From the IMG/VR virus record IMGVR_UViG_3300037067_027626: a DNA stretch of 53,123 bases, one strand, 5' to 3'. The stretch's first letter is position 1, and the number at the start of each line of letters is the position of its first letter. Shown here one piece after another: positions 31,298-40,520 of this stretch. Source of the DNA: a virus (taxonomy: Duplodnaviria > Heunggongvirae > Uroviricota > Caudoviricetes). Both the position numbers and the translations under genes were made by a program. The notes below the pieces were generated by a model. That model worked only from the letters and a program-made list of their open reading frames with translations. It had not been told where the DNA came from and searched no databases.

Positions 31298-31317
31298 GAA
31301 GTGTATGAATATCTTAC
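31180..31317 (+). ncRNA. Putative omegaRNA of TnpB2 (scaffold to ~31297, guide from 31298; boundaries approximate)
   Basis: By analogy to tnpB 3' ends: GCCTGTGGAG...GAAGCAGGAA...AACGG; structure not folded computationally. Confidence 0.55.
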
Positions 31318-31384
31318 TGTTAGATTAGGACAACATGAAAACCTCAAAGAATGTCTTGAATATTATACGGAGTTAGTTCGATGA
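31298..31384 (+). pseudogene. Displaced original 3' end of the upstream SDR gene (EVYEYLTVRLGQHENLKECLEYYTELVR*)
   Basis: 15/23 aa and 47/69 nt identical to 29933-30001 (EIYGYLTNQLGQHEKLYKCMEYY); its TGA overlaps the next ATG (ATGA 31381-31384). Confidence 0.85.
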
Positions 31385-31572
31385 AATTGCAAGGCGTTAG
31401 TTTTGTATTAACGGGTTTATCTTTAATAATAGTAACAATAACTATGTTTATTCCTGCGTTAGTAGAGCATAGACCTAATGATAGTTGGATTGGAATGTTA
31501 ACTATCATATTTGGTTTGGTATTTGCTTATACAGGTTATTTAATGATTAAAAAGAAGAAGGCTAAAGTATGA
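31381..31572 (+). CDS. Small 2-TM membrane protein
   Basis: Two hydrophobic segments, basic tail; coupled to both neighbours. Confidence 0.6.
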   Translation: MKLQGVSFVLTGLSLIIVTITMFIPALVEHRPNDSWIGMLTIIFGLVFAYTGYLMIKKKKAKV

Positions 31573-31931
31573 ATCCCTTATTTATAAACAAAGAAGGCTC
31601 ATTCCAAGAGATTGCTCATTATGATGATGTTGAGTTTGGACAAGTAAGTTTGCTCACAATCAATCCAAAGTGTAGTCGGGGTGGGCATTATCATAAAGTT
31701 AAGAAAGAGTGGTTTTGTGCGATACATGGTGAATGCGAAATGGAAATAATTAATATAAAAACTAAAGAAGAACGCACAGTAGATATGGGCGGAATTAAAG
31801 CGGATTTAGTACCAATAATGCCTTATGAATATCACACATTGATAAATAACGGTGATGAAATCTGTAAAGTAATAATCATAGCCAGTGTTAAATACACCAT
31901 CATGGAAGATGACACATTTAAGGAGTATTAG
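31569..31931 (+). CDS. Cupin-fold sugar epimerase (FnlB/CapF C-terminal or WxcM-like)
   Basis: GQVSLLTINP, RGGHYHKVKKEWF, PYEYHTLIN. Confidence 0.85.
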   Translation: MNPLFINKEGSFQEIAHYDDVEFGQVSLLTINPKCSRGGHYHKVKKEWFCAIHGECEMEIINIKTKEERTVDMGGIKADLVPIMPYEYHTLINNGDEICKVIIIASVKYTIMEDDTFKEY

Positions 31932-31932
31932 A

Positions 31933-32127
31933 ATGAAAACATTAACAAGAAAAGAAATATATCAAAGGTTATTAATATCATCTCCGTTATTATTATTTGT
32001 ATGGGGAATTTATTATTTGGCATTGACGTGGAATTTGTCAAGTGCTGTTATTGTGTTTAGTTCAATAATTAGTATCGTAGTGACAATAGGCATTGGAATA
32101 TTGGTATTAATCGCACCCAAGGAGTAA
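31933..32127 (+). CDS. Small 2-TM membrane protein
   Basis: AGGAG at 31921; ATG 31933 preferred; two hydrophobic segments. Confidence 0.55.
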   Translation: MKTLTRKEIYQRLLISSPLLLFVWGIYYLALTWNLSSAVIVFSSIISIVVTIGIGILVLIAPKE

Positions 32128-32141
32128 TTAGAGGAATAAAT

Positions 32142-32330
32142 ATGAGAGTCAGTATATTAAACGAAATAATTAATGCTCAAATTAAAGATATTATTCTACC
32201 CGAACATTTTACTTATAATTGGGATAGAATGATTGAAAGTTCAAGAGAGACAAATGAGCCAATAAAAATTATACTATCGAATGGTGAAATTTTGGAACTT
32301 TACGGAATGTTGAGGTTATCTGATGACTAA
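32142..32330 (+). CDS. Hypothetical protein
   Basis: GAGG RBS; overlaps the next start; KIILSNGEILEL phage-like motif. Confidence 0.5.
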   Translation: MRVSILNEIINAQIKDIILPEHFTYNWDRMIESSRETNEPIKIILSNGEILELYGMLRLSDD

Positions 32331-33426
32331 GGTAGTTTGTATATGTGGGACACGTCCAGAACTTATAAGATTATCCGAAGTGATAAAGAAATTGGACTTA
32401 TATACTAATCATATCTTTGTTCACACCAATCAGAGTTACGATTATGAGTTAAACCAGGTATTCTTTGATGAATTAAAAATAAGAAAACCTGATTATTTAT
32501 TAAATGTAAAAGCGGAAACCATAGGTGAGCAAATCGGTAATATAATGACGCAAACAGAAAAAGTTTTACTCAAAGAAAACCCCGATGCAGTATTAATATT
32601 GGGAGATACCAATTCCGCATTATCATGTATTGTGGCGAAAAGGCTTCATATACCTATCTTTCATATGGAAGCGGGAAATCGTTCTTTCTCAGATTTAGTG
32701 CCCGAAGAAGTGAATAGACGCATCATCGACCATACTGCCGATTGCAATCTACCTTACACAGAACATGCTCGCAGAAATCTTTTAAGAGAGGGAATCCATC
32801 CGCAATTTATATTTGTAACGGGTTCGCCTTTAACCGAAGTATATGCGAATCATATAGATGAGATATATGCCTCTGATATTCTTAAACAAATGGGACTGAC
32901 AAAAGATAATTACATAGTTGCTTCACTTCATCGTGAGGAGAATATCACGGATTGGAGTATCCTTACTAAAGTTATTGAGGCATTTTACACATTATCAGAA
33001 AAATATAAGATGCCCGTAATCTTTTCTACCCATCCACGAACGAGGGCAAAGTTAAATCCCACTTCAGATGATAGGATAATATTTCATAAGCCATTCGGTC
33101 TTTTTGAATTTATTAAATTACAGCAGAACGCATTTATCACAATATCAGATTCAGGCACAATAAATGAAGATTCTGCCATATTAGGTATCCCCACAGTGAA
33201 TATTAGAGAATCACAAGAACGGTATGAAGTATATGATAGTGGGAACTGTGTTATTAGTGGCTTATCTAAAGAGAACATTATAAACTGTGTAGATTTAGTT
33301 AGAAAACAGATAAATGTTAATTTTAAAATTCCACATGATTATATAGATAAGAATTGCTCAGATAAAGTAATCAGATTAATCATGGGATATACAGGGATAA
33401 TAAAAAAGAAGATATATGGTGAATAA
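32323..33426 (+). CDS. Non-hydrolysing UDP-N-acetylhexosamine 2-epimerase (FnlC/CapG/WecB family)
   Basis: GTRPELIRL, HTNQSYDYEL, LGDTNS, HMEAGNRS, VPEEVNRR, LHREEN, SDSGTINE. Confidence 0.94.
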   Translation: MTKVVCICGTRPELIRLSEVIKKLDLYTNHIFVHTNQSYDYELNQVFFDELKIRKPDYLLNVKAETIGEQIGNIMTQTEKVLLKENPDAVLILGDTNSALSCIVAKRLHIPIFHMEAGNRSFSDLVPEEVNRRIIDHTADCNLPYTEHARRNLLREGIHPQFIFVTGSPLTEVYANHIDEIYASDILKQMGLTKDNYIVASLHREENITDWSILTKVIEAFYTLSEKYKMPVIFSTHPRTRAKLNPTSDDRIIFHKPFGLFEFIKLQQNAFITISDSGTINEDSAILGIPTVNIRESQERYEVYDSGNCVISGLSKENIINCVDLVRKQINVNFKIPHDYIDKNCSDKVIRLIMGYTGIIKKKIYGE

Positions 33427-34270
33427 AGTTATAATTTCGCTTCCAGCATACAATGAGGAAAGTTACATAGGTAGCCTAGTGTTGAAATGTAAACAGTATG
33501 GGGAAGTCTTAGTCTGTAATGATGGTAGTAAAGATAGAACAGCAGAGATAGCTCGTTTAGCAGGGGCTAATGTAATTTCGCATGAAAAGAATTTAGGATA
33601 TGGGGCAACCATAAAAACCATAATGAGTGAAGCACTAAAACAAAATGCCGATATTTTAGTTATCCTTGATAGTGACGACCAGCATGATACGAAAGACATC
33701 TCAAATATGATAAAAGCGATTACGGATGGTAATGATTTAGCAATAGGCAACCGCAACTTAAAACAAATGCCCAAGTTTAGAATAGTGGGGCAAAAAATTC
33801 TCTCTTATTTTACGGATAAAATATCAGGCAGTAAAGTATCTGATAGCCAGTCGGGTTTCAGGGCTTTCTCTAAAAAGGCTCTACAGACCTTAAAGTTAAA
33901 AGAAGATGGCATGGCGATAGTAAGCGAGCAAATTAGCGAGGCAACAAAGGCTGGTCTTAAAATCGTTGAAGTGCCTATATCGGTTAAATATACAAAGGAT
34001 GGGCATACTTTTAATCCTATAATACAGGCAAGCAATTCCCTCACAAGAATTTTCGTTTTAATTGCGAAGCAAAAACCATTAATGTTCTTTGGTATTGCTG
34101 GTCTTATTATGACAGTATTAGGATTACTCGCTGGTATAGGTGGCTACAACTCTTTTATGCGACACGAAGTGTTACCTGTCGGTACTTTATTAATAGCGGT
34201 GATGCTTCTTATTATAGGGATACTATGTATCTTTACGGGTATCATCTTGAATGCGGTGAAACGAGAATGA
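33416..34270 (+). CDS. DPM1-like GT2 polyprenol-phosphate glycosyltransferase with two C-terminal TM helices
   Basis: LPAYNEE, NDGSKDRT, NLGYG, LDSDDQH, DSQSGFRA, EVPISVKY; hydrophobic C-terminus. Confidence 0.9.
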   Translation: MVNKVIISLPAYNEESYIGSLVLKCKQYGEVLVCNDGSKDRTAEIARLAGANVISHEKNLGYGATIKTIMSEALKQNADILVILDSDDQHDTKDISNMIKAITDGNDLAIGNRNLKQMPKFRIVGQKILSYFTDKISGSKVSDSQSGFRAFSKKALQTLKLKEDGMAIVSEQISEATKAGLKIVEVPISVKYTKDGHTFNPIIQASNSLTRIFVLIAKQKPLMFFGIAGLIMTVLGLLAGIGGYNSFMRHEVLPVGTLLIAVMLLIIGILCIFTGIILNAVKRE

Positions 34271-35412
34271 ACTTACTTTTTATACATGAAATAAGTTGGT
34301 ACAAGGTTATTTTTGACTGGCAAACCCTTCCAAGTTTGTTGGCTCAGCGTGGTCATAATGTCTATATTGTAGATTACGAAAAAGAATGGAAGAAAGAATA
34401 CCCATTTGATTTAATCAGTCCTAAAATGGAAATAAAAACACAACGTATTTATTCCCCGATAACTTTAATTAGACCTCAGTTTATAAAAATCCCCATATTA
34501 AGTAGAGTCTCCGCCTTTATTTCACATTATTTTGCGATTGAGAAAACGATAAAAGAAAAAAAGATAGACGCTATCATACTTTACTCTGTGCCGACAAATG
34601 GATTACAGACTATTAACTTAGCCCATAAATATAAAATCCCTGTTATATTCCGTTCTATTGATGTATTAAATCAGTTAGTACCCAAACCTCTATCATGGAT
34701 TACTAAACAGATGGAAAAATATGTTTATAGACATACGGATATGGTTTTGCCTATAAACTTAGGATTGCTACAATATGTTGTGAATATGGGAGCAAAAAAA
34801 GTCGAAACATTACCGCTAGGAATAGATAAACAGTTCAAACCGATGAATACTAATGGACTTCGTAAGGAAATGGGATGGGATAATTATAAAATAGTGTTAT
34901 TTGTTGGTACTTTGCCGATGTTTAGTGGTTTGGATAGAGTAATAAAAGATTTTCCAAGATTATTAAAAGAATATCCTGAAACAAAGTTGTTTATTGCTGG
35001 CGATGGGAAACAAAGGGATAAATTAGAAAATATTATAGATGAATTAGGATTAAGGGATAGCATCTATATATCAGGTTATGTGAAATACGAGAAAATACCT
35101 GAAATTATAAATGTCGCAGATGTTTGTATCAATCCCTTTGATATATGTAAAGCAACACAAGATATTTTCCCCACTAAAGTCATTCAATATATGTCATGCG
35201 GAAAGCAAGTAGTTTCAACGCCATTATCAGGTTTGGATGATTGCAGAGCGGTTATATTTAATGAAAATATAGTCGATGGTTTAATTACATACTTTAAAGA
35301 AAAACCGCAATATGATGTATTAAGTTATGTGAAAAGACACGATTACGATGTCATATTAAATCAATTAGAGGGAATATTAAATGAGAGTCGCATTATTAAA
35401 TCCAAAACTTAA
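34267..35412 (+). CDS. Glycosyltransferase family 4
   Basis: LFVGTL, IAGDG, ADVCINP, PTKVIQYMSCGK; start at ATG 34267 (ATGA overlap). Confidence 0.88.
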   Translation: MNLLFIHEISWYKVIFDWQTLPSLLAQRGHNVYIVDYEKEWKKEYPFDLISPKMEIKTQRIYSPITLIRPQFIKIPILSRVSAFISHYFAIEKTIKEKKIDAIILYSVPTNGLQTINLAHKYKIPVIFRSIDVLNQLVPKPLSWITKQMEKYVYRHTDMVLPINLGLLQYVVNMGAKKVETLPLGIDKQFKPMNTNGLRKEMGWDNYKIVLFVGTLPMFSGLDRVIKDFPRLLKEYPETKLFIAGDGKQRDKLENIIDELGLRDSIYISGYVKYEKIPEIINVADVCINPFDICKATQDIFPTKVIQYMSCGKQVVSTPLSGLDDCRAVIFNENIVDGLITYFKEKPQYDVLSYVKRHDYDVILNQLEGILNESRIIKSKT

Positions 35413-36799
35413 AACTTGGTCGCCTAATGTTTATCCGCCATTAGGATTATGCTACATTGCTTCGGCATTGGAAAACGCAGGGCATAAGGTATCTATTATA
35501 GATTTAAACGCAAGTAAAATTAGTGATAAGAAATTAGCGAAGCAAATATCTGATGTGGATGTTATCGGTATTACGGGATTAATCACAGAATACAATGAAG
35601 TAATTAGACTATCAAATGTGGCAAAGTTATCCAATAAACATGCGAAGATAGTTATTGGTGGTGCTTTGGCTACAACTCATACCAAAGAAGTATTATCAAA
35701 GTCTAGTGCGGATTATGTGGTCATTGGTGAAGGTGAAATAATCATAGTTAAGTTATTATCCGCCATAGAGAATAATGAGGATTTGAGTAGTATTAAAGGA
35801 TTAGCCTATAAATCAAACGGATTAGTTCAAATGAATGATATACCAGATATAATAGAAAACCTTGATACCATATCATTTCCTGCGAGGCGTTTATTAAATA
35901 TGGAACAATATACCACTCATCATTTCAAGAGTTATGGTATGAAAACGCAGGATATTAAAAGCACAACGCTATTATCAAGTAGGTCTTGTCCCTACAAATG
36001 CGAGTTCTGTTATCATGGATTGCATGGTTACAAATGGCGTGGTCGAAGCCCACAAAATATGATAACAGAAATAATGCAACTACATTATGAATATGGATTT
36101 GATGGCTTTGTGTTTAATGATGATACCTTTGTCGTAGATAAGAAAAGAGTCTTGGAATTTTGTCGATTATTAAAAGAGAGTAATCTAAATATCAAATGGT
36201 ATTGTAACGGGCGTGTAAATTTAATGGATGAGGAAATTATACGAGCCATGAAAGAATCAGGGTGTGTCGGGATTGCCTACGGAATAGAATCGGGGAATCA
36301 AGACATACTAAACTCAATAAAAAAGGCAATAACCATAGAACAAATAGAGAAAATCACCGCATTAACTAAAAAATACGGGATTTATGTCACAGGATACTTT
36401 ATGATAGGTATTTTGGGCGAAACTAAGGAAAATATTGAGCAAACTTTGGAATTTGCCCGTAAATTAGACCTAGATTTCTATGGATTTACTATGACAAGCC
36501 CCGTAATCGGTACTCCGATGTATTTTAAAGCACAAGAACAGGGATTTAAAGTCACAAAGGAACTTGAGGATTTTAGTTTCTCCTTAAGTATCAACATGAC
36601 CAAAGATGTAACCGATAAAGAACTGGAACAATACAACAAAGATGCGTTTCGGGAATTCACTATAGAGAAAAGATATGGGAAACATTATTTATTTAATTTG
36701 TCTCTATGGTTTGATGGTTTTAAATCGGTATTATTTTTATTGGGCAAACGAAATGTCGGGATACTATTCCAAAAGGCATGGGGGGTAATCAAGGGTTAG
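35381..36799 (+). CDS. B12-binding radical SAM protein (class B methyltransferase-like)
   Basis: YPPLGLCYIAS, GGALAT, IGEGE, SSRSCPYKCEFC (CxxxCxxC), GIESG, GYFMIG. Confidence 0.93.
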   Translation: MRVALLNPKLKTWSPNVYPPLGLCYIASALENAGHKVSIIDLNASKISDKKLAKQISDVDVIGITGLITEYNEVIRLSNVAKLSNKHAKIVIGGALATTHTKEVLSKSSADYVVIGEGEIIIVKLLSAIENNEDLSSIKGLAYKSNGLVQMNDIPDIIENLDTISFPARRLLNMEQYTTHHFKSYGMKTQDIKSTTLLSSRSCPYKCEFCYHGLHGYKWRGRSPQNMITEIMQLHYEYGFDGFVFNDDTFVVDKKRVLEFCRLLKESNLNIKWYCNGRVNLMDEEIIRAMKESGCVGIAYGIESGNQDILNSIKKAITIEQIEKITALTKKYGIYVTGYFMIGILGETKENIEQTLEFARKLDLDFYGFTMTSPVIGTPMYFKAQEQGFKVTKELEDFSFSLSINMTKDVTDKELEQYNKDAFREFTIEKRYGKHYLFNLSLWFDGFKSVLFLLGKRNVGILFQKAWGVIKG

Positions 36800-36911
36800 A
36801 TGATTGTATTCAGATGGGTATTGATAATACTGACAATCATCATGGCTCTTATATTAATAAGGGACTTAGGTGTTATCTTAGTTAGAATTATTAAAAAAAA
36901 AGAGAGAATAA

Positions 36912-37262
36912 ATGATTGAGTTAACGGATGAAGAAACCATATATTATAACACTATAAAGGAACTGAATAGCGAGACAAGTAGATATGGGCATTGGGTAAC
37001 ATTTGGCGAGATAATTAAAAGATTAAAAAGCAAGGGTATAAAGATTAGTTTACTACAGAATAAAGAAGATAAAATATTAGATAAACTTTGTTCGATTGGT
37101 ATTATTGAATTTAATTTAGTTGACGTTTATGTGTTTGGTATGAAGTTCGGTTTTTCTGGCTTTGAAGATGCTTATCGTGATTATAAATATAGGTTAGTTG
37201 AATTAAACAAATTGGATGAAGAATTATTAGCAAAAGGGAGAGTAAGTGAGAAGATTTCTTAG
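36912..37262 (+). CDS. Hypothetical protein, possible winged helix
   Basis: ORF overlapping the next start; helical N-terminus with VTFGEIIKRL. Confidence 0.5.
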   Translation: MIELTDEETIYYNTIKELNSETSRYGHWVTFGEIIKRLKSKGIKISLLQNKEDKILDKLCSIGIIEFNLVDVYVFGMKFGFSGFEDAYRDYKYRLVELNKLDEELLAKGRVSEKIS

Positions 37263-38964
37263 AACGTATTATCCTGAAGTATTAATCATCGGTGCTATCT
37301 TTACTATTTTAATGATAGACCTAGCACCCGATTTTACTTTTATTAATAAAGCCGCAGATTCAGTCGGGTATATTTACTCAGCAAAATACCTTTACCCGTC
37401 TTACCACACCTCAGCACCTTTATATCTTTTATTGAGTCATGTGTTTCTATGGATTCCGTTTGGTACTGATGCTTGGAGAATGGGGCTTTTATCTGTCTTT
37501 AGTACAACAGGTGCTTGTGTCTTCATTTATTTAATCATACGAAATCTCACACAGAAAAGATGGTTAGCCATACTTGGGACAATTGCTTATGGTACAAGTG
37601 CCTTAGTATTGAGTCAAAGTGTAATTGTAAACACCTATGCCTTCACTACATTCTTAGCAATCGGGGCTTACTATTTTGCCACATTAAAAAAATGGAAACT
37701 CGCCTCTTTGATGTTATGTTTTGCTATAGGGGTGCATTTGCTTGGTGTTATCGTATGGATGCTGTTCTTTATCTTTAAGGATTTCCGCAAGAACTGGAAA
37801 GCCATAGCGATTTCTATTTCGGGTTTCTTATTCTATCTTTATATCCCCATAACAAGCAGACCGCCTTATATGTGGCTACCAAATCCCGCAGATACCAATA
37901 TTGTAAGTGCAGTAGTTGGGGATACCATTAGTGTCATATCAATGTTGGTGGGTAATATCAGTATATGGGCTTTGCCCAAAAAGATATTCGATACCATAGG
38001 ATTAATCGGAGTAAGTTTAGGGGTAGTTCTTGCCATACCGCTTATTTATTACATTAAGACGATAGGGAAAAAGATTTTAATTCAACCTATATTCTGGTTA
38101 GCCTTTGTGCCTATCATACTGTTTGTGGGCGAACTCGATATGAACACCTTTGATTATTGTATGATAGGCGTTCCGTTTCTTATTATTATGGCTTGCTTGG
38201 GTATTAAACAAATCACAGAACGCTATCATGTAAGGGCTAAGGTATTAGTTTATGCTTCATATGTATGTATCATAGGAGTTGGAGTATTCAACGGTTATTA
38301 TTTCGATATAGGAAAAGTAACTGACCCGAATATGAGTGCTTCCAAATTATATTATGAGGAATTCCCTAAGATACCTAGTGATGGAATCTTTATGCCCAAC
38401 GGTGGATGGAACTGGGAAGCAATCTTCCTGTATAACAGGGAGAATGGTAAACATATCTATCCCATATGTATTGATATTTTGCCCAATGAGATTTATCGGG
38501 AGCAGTTAAAGAAAGACGGGATTAAACTGGAGTTTGATGAAGAAGCGGGGTTAAGTTTGGCGGCAATGAAAACCGCACAGAGTATAATAGAGTTGAATGA
38601 TAATGTTTATACTACGGTTTATACTGATGTCAAGACCTTCGGTTGCGTGGTAGTAAACGCAAATCACGATAAAAGTTTGGTAATGCCTGTTGATGAAGCA
38701 CTCATAAAAAAGAATGAGACAAATCCTGATTGGCAATGGATACCCGATAATCCTTATGAGATTATGCGAACAAGTTTGTTTATGACTAAATGGGGCTATG
38801 CGGTAGTGAGTCCGTATTATAATTTCCGCACATTTATGATATTGTTCTTATTAATCTACGGTTCTATGATAGTAGTACCCAAGTTGTTCAATAGGAGAAA
38901 AAAGAAAAATGAGAATACCATTCCTAAAAAAGAAAAAGAAGGTAGTCCAACAAGTAGCCTTTGA
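37246..38964 (+). CDS. DUF2723-like GT-C membrane glycosyltransferase
   Basis: LAPDFTFINKAADSVGY...HTSAPLYLLL first-loop motif, SQSVIVNTYA, YLYIP; about 11 TM segments plus soluble domain. Confidence 0.7.
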   Translation: MRRFLRTYYPEVLIIGAIFTILMIDLAPDFTFINKAADSVGYIYSAKYLYPSYHTSAPLYLLLSHVFLWIPFGTDAWRMGLLSVFSTTGACVFIYLIIRNLTQKRWLAILGTIAYGTSALVLSQSVIVNTYAFTTFLAIGAYYFATLKKWKLASLMLCFAIGVHLLGVIVWMLFFIFKDFRKNWKAIAISISGFLFYLYIPITSRPPYMWLPNPADTNIVSAVVGDTISVISMLVGNISIWALPKKIFDTIGLIGVSLGVVLAIPLIYYIKTIGKKILIQPIFWLAFVPIILFVGELDMNTFDYCMIGVPFLIIMACLGIKQITERYHVRAKVLVYASYVCIIGVGVFNGYYFDIGKVTDPNMSASKLYYEEFPKIPSDGIFMPNGGWNWEAIFLYNRENGKHIYPICIDILPNEIYREQLKKDGIKLEFDEEAGLSLAAMKTAQSIIELNDNVYTTVYTDVKTFGCVVVNANHDKSLVMPVDEALIKKNETNPDWQWIPDNPYEIMRTSLFMTKWGYAVVSPYYNFRTFMILFLLIYGSMIVVPKLFNRRKKKNENTIPKKEKEGSPTSSL

Positions 38965-39127
38965 CACAAGTAACTTGGCTTCTAAAGATGACATTAAACA
39001 GTTAAGTAAAGAAGCAAAGGAGGCGAGAACTAATATTATTATGGCGAATCTATCCTCAAGGCAAAGAGAGAAGTTAGAGAAGATTATTGAAGCAAAGAGA
39101 GAACAGTTAAAGCATGATAAAAAATAA
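38909..39127 (+). CDS. Small basic hypothetical protein
   Basis: ORF overlapping the upstream 3' end; Lys-rich. Confidence 0.5.
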   Translation: MRIPFLKKKKKVVQQVAFDTSNLASKDDIKQLSKEAKEARTNIIMANLSSRQREKLEKIIEAKREQLKHDKK

Positions 39128-39204
39128 GAAATTTAAACACGGTGGATACCATAAGTGGTTAAGGAATAGACGCAAAATACAGAAAAGACTTGTGAGGTAA
39201 TTGA

Positions 39205-39555
39205 ATGACTCGTTCCGCAACTATAGAGCAATCATTTGAAGTGGAAGTACGTATCAATAGTAAGATTTGCATGAAACACTTTGATGCAAGGGATTGCCAC
39301 GATGCCATAAGAAAGGCTAAATATGCGGGTTTTAGGGTAATATCAGCACATAAACTGGATTCAATAGCAGGGCACAGGAAATTATTTGGACAATGGGCGG
39401 AGAATGTTACGGAAATTAAGTTTGAGCCTTTACCGCAATATTCCGCTTTGCAGTTGGATGAAATCGCATTTAGAAAACAAAAGAGGGTGGATAATAGGGA
39501 AAACGAAAAGATAGAGAAGGAAAAATATTTTAAGGAGGGGATTGACAAGGCATAA
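39205..39555 (+). CDS. Hypothetical protein
   Basis: GAGG RBS at ~39194; no recognised motif. Confidence 0.55.
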   Translation: MTRSATIEQSFEVEVRINSKICMKHFDARDCHDAIRKAKYAGFRVISAHKLDSIAGHRKLFGQWAENVTEIKFEPLPQYSALQLDEIAFRKQKRVDNRENEKIEKEKYFKEGIDKA

Positions 39556-39570
39556 ATACTATACTAATAT
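39542..39570 (+). promoter_or_regulatory. sigma70-type promoter
   Basis: TTGACA 39542-39547, 17 bp, TAATAT 39565-39570. Confidence 0.5.
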
Positions 39571-39576
39571 ATAAGT

Positions 39577-39744
39577 ATGGTAGTTAGTAAGAAAGAAAGT
39601 GTATTAGTTTGTCCTGAGTGCGGAAGTGATAAATTAATAAAATTCGGAAAGAAATTTGCAAAGCGTGGGATTAAGAGGGAACTTATCCAACAATATCAAT
39701 GCAAGAATTGTGGTAGAGTAACAGTAAATCCCAAAGAAGAATAA
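39577..39744 (+). CDS. InsA(IS1)-like zinc-ribbon protein (55 aa, absent from track)
   Basis: MVVSKKESVLVCPECGSDKLIKFG...QQYQCKNCGR. Confidence 0.75.
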   Translation: MVVSKKESVLVCPECGSDKLIKFGKKFAKRGIKRELIQQYQCKNCGRVTVNPKEE

Positions 39745-39749
39745 ATCGC

Positions 39750-39896
39750 ATGATGTTTAATTGGTGGCAATCCATATTAATTATAATTGGGGCAAGTACA
39801 ATTATAAGTTTTGTGGCTTACATGGTTTGTTGCAGTATCACCCAAGAAGTTGTTGATAGATTTCATAGATTATTAGATAGAATATTTGGAGGTTAA
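39750..39896 (+). CDS. Small 1-TM protein (48 aa, absent from track)
   Basis: Manual translation MMFNWWQSILIIIGASTIISFVAYMV... Confidence 0.4.
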   Translation: MMFNWWQSILIIIGASTIISFVAYMVCCSITQEVVDRFHRLLDRIFGG

Positions 39897-39900
39897 ATAA

Positions 39901-40101
39901 ATGACTAGGCAAAAAATATTATTTATGTTGAGCGTTGCTATTCCTCTTGTCACTATAGGTATTGTTGTAACTATGGTAGATTATCGAGAGAATGCTATTC
40001 CTATGATTATAAATTATATACCATTGTTCGTGTGTACAATAGCTGCTGTTTTATGGATGTTAACTGTAAAATCGTTGGAAATATTCGATAAATATGGATA
40101 A
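39901..40101 (+). CDS. Small 2-TM membrane protein
   Basis: GGAGG RBS; two hydrophobic segments. Confidence 0.6.
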   Translation: MTRQKILFMLSVAIPLVTIGIVVTMVDYRENAIPMIINYIPLFVCTIAAVLWMLTVKSLEIFDKYG

Positions 40102-40117
40102 AGAGGAGATTAAATAA

Positions 40118-40297
40118 ATGGAATCGTATTATGGACTTATGGTAGTTGGTATAGTATTAACAATAGGTGGAATAATTGGGATTTGTTTGGATATATCGAA
40201 TATATATACAGGTCTTATGACTATAATATTTGGTGTAGTAATAAGTGGAATAGGGATATTACTAAAATTACGCAATAAAACATCGGAGGTAAAATAA
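40118..40297 (+). CDS. Small 2-TM membrane protein (59 aa, absent from track)
   Basis: GAGGAG RBS; MESYYGLMVVGIVLTIGGIIGICL...LMTIIFGVVISGIGILL. Confidence 0.6.
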   Translation: MESYYGLMVVGIVLTIGGIIGICLDISNIYTGLMTIIFGVVISGIGILLKLRNKTSEVK

Positions 40298-40298
40298 G

Positions 40299-40520
40299 TT
40301 GGCTAAATATAAAATCACCATGGCTGATGGGAAGATGGTTAAAGGCGAAAGGAATATGCTCGATATATTCGCTGATGGATTGAGTAATACGATATTGCAT
40401 AATGCAGAAAAGTACGATAATATGGGAATATTTATCAATAAGACTAGGTATGTGAAATTAACGAATCGTTGGATAGTAATGGTCGAGGAAGATAATAATG
40501 ACGGAAACTCAAAAGGTTAA
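40299..40520 (+). CDS. Hypothetical protein
   Basis: CGGAGG RBS, TTG start; YKITMADG phage-like motif. Confidence 0.55.
   Translation: MAKYKITMADGKMVKGERNMLDIFADGLSNTILHNAEKYDNMGIFINKTRYVKLTNRWIVMVEEDNNDGNSKG

Noticed and set aside
36893-36901. A9 tract as a phase-variation or frameshift site joining the small ORF 36800-36919 to ORF 36912
   Set aside because: An in-frame TAA (36909-36911) immediately precedes the 36912 ATG, so slippage could not create a fusion.
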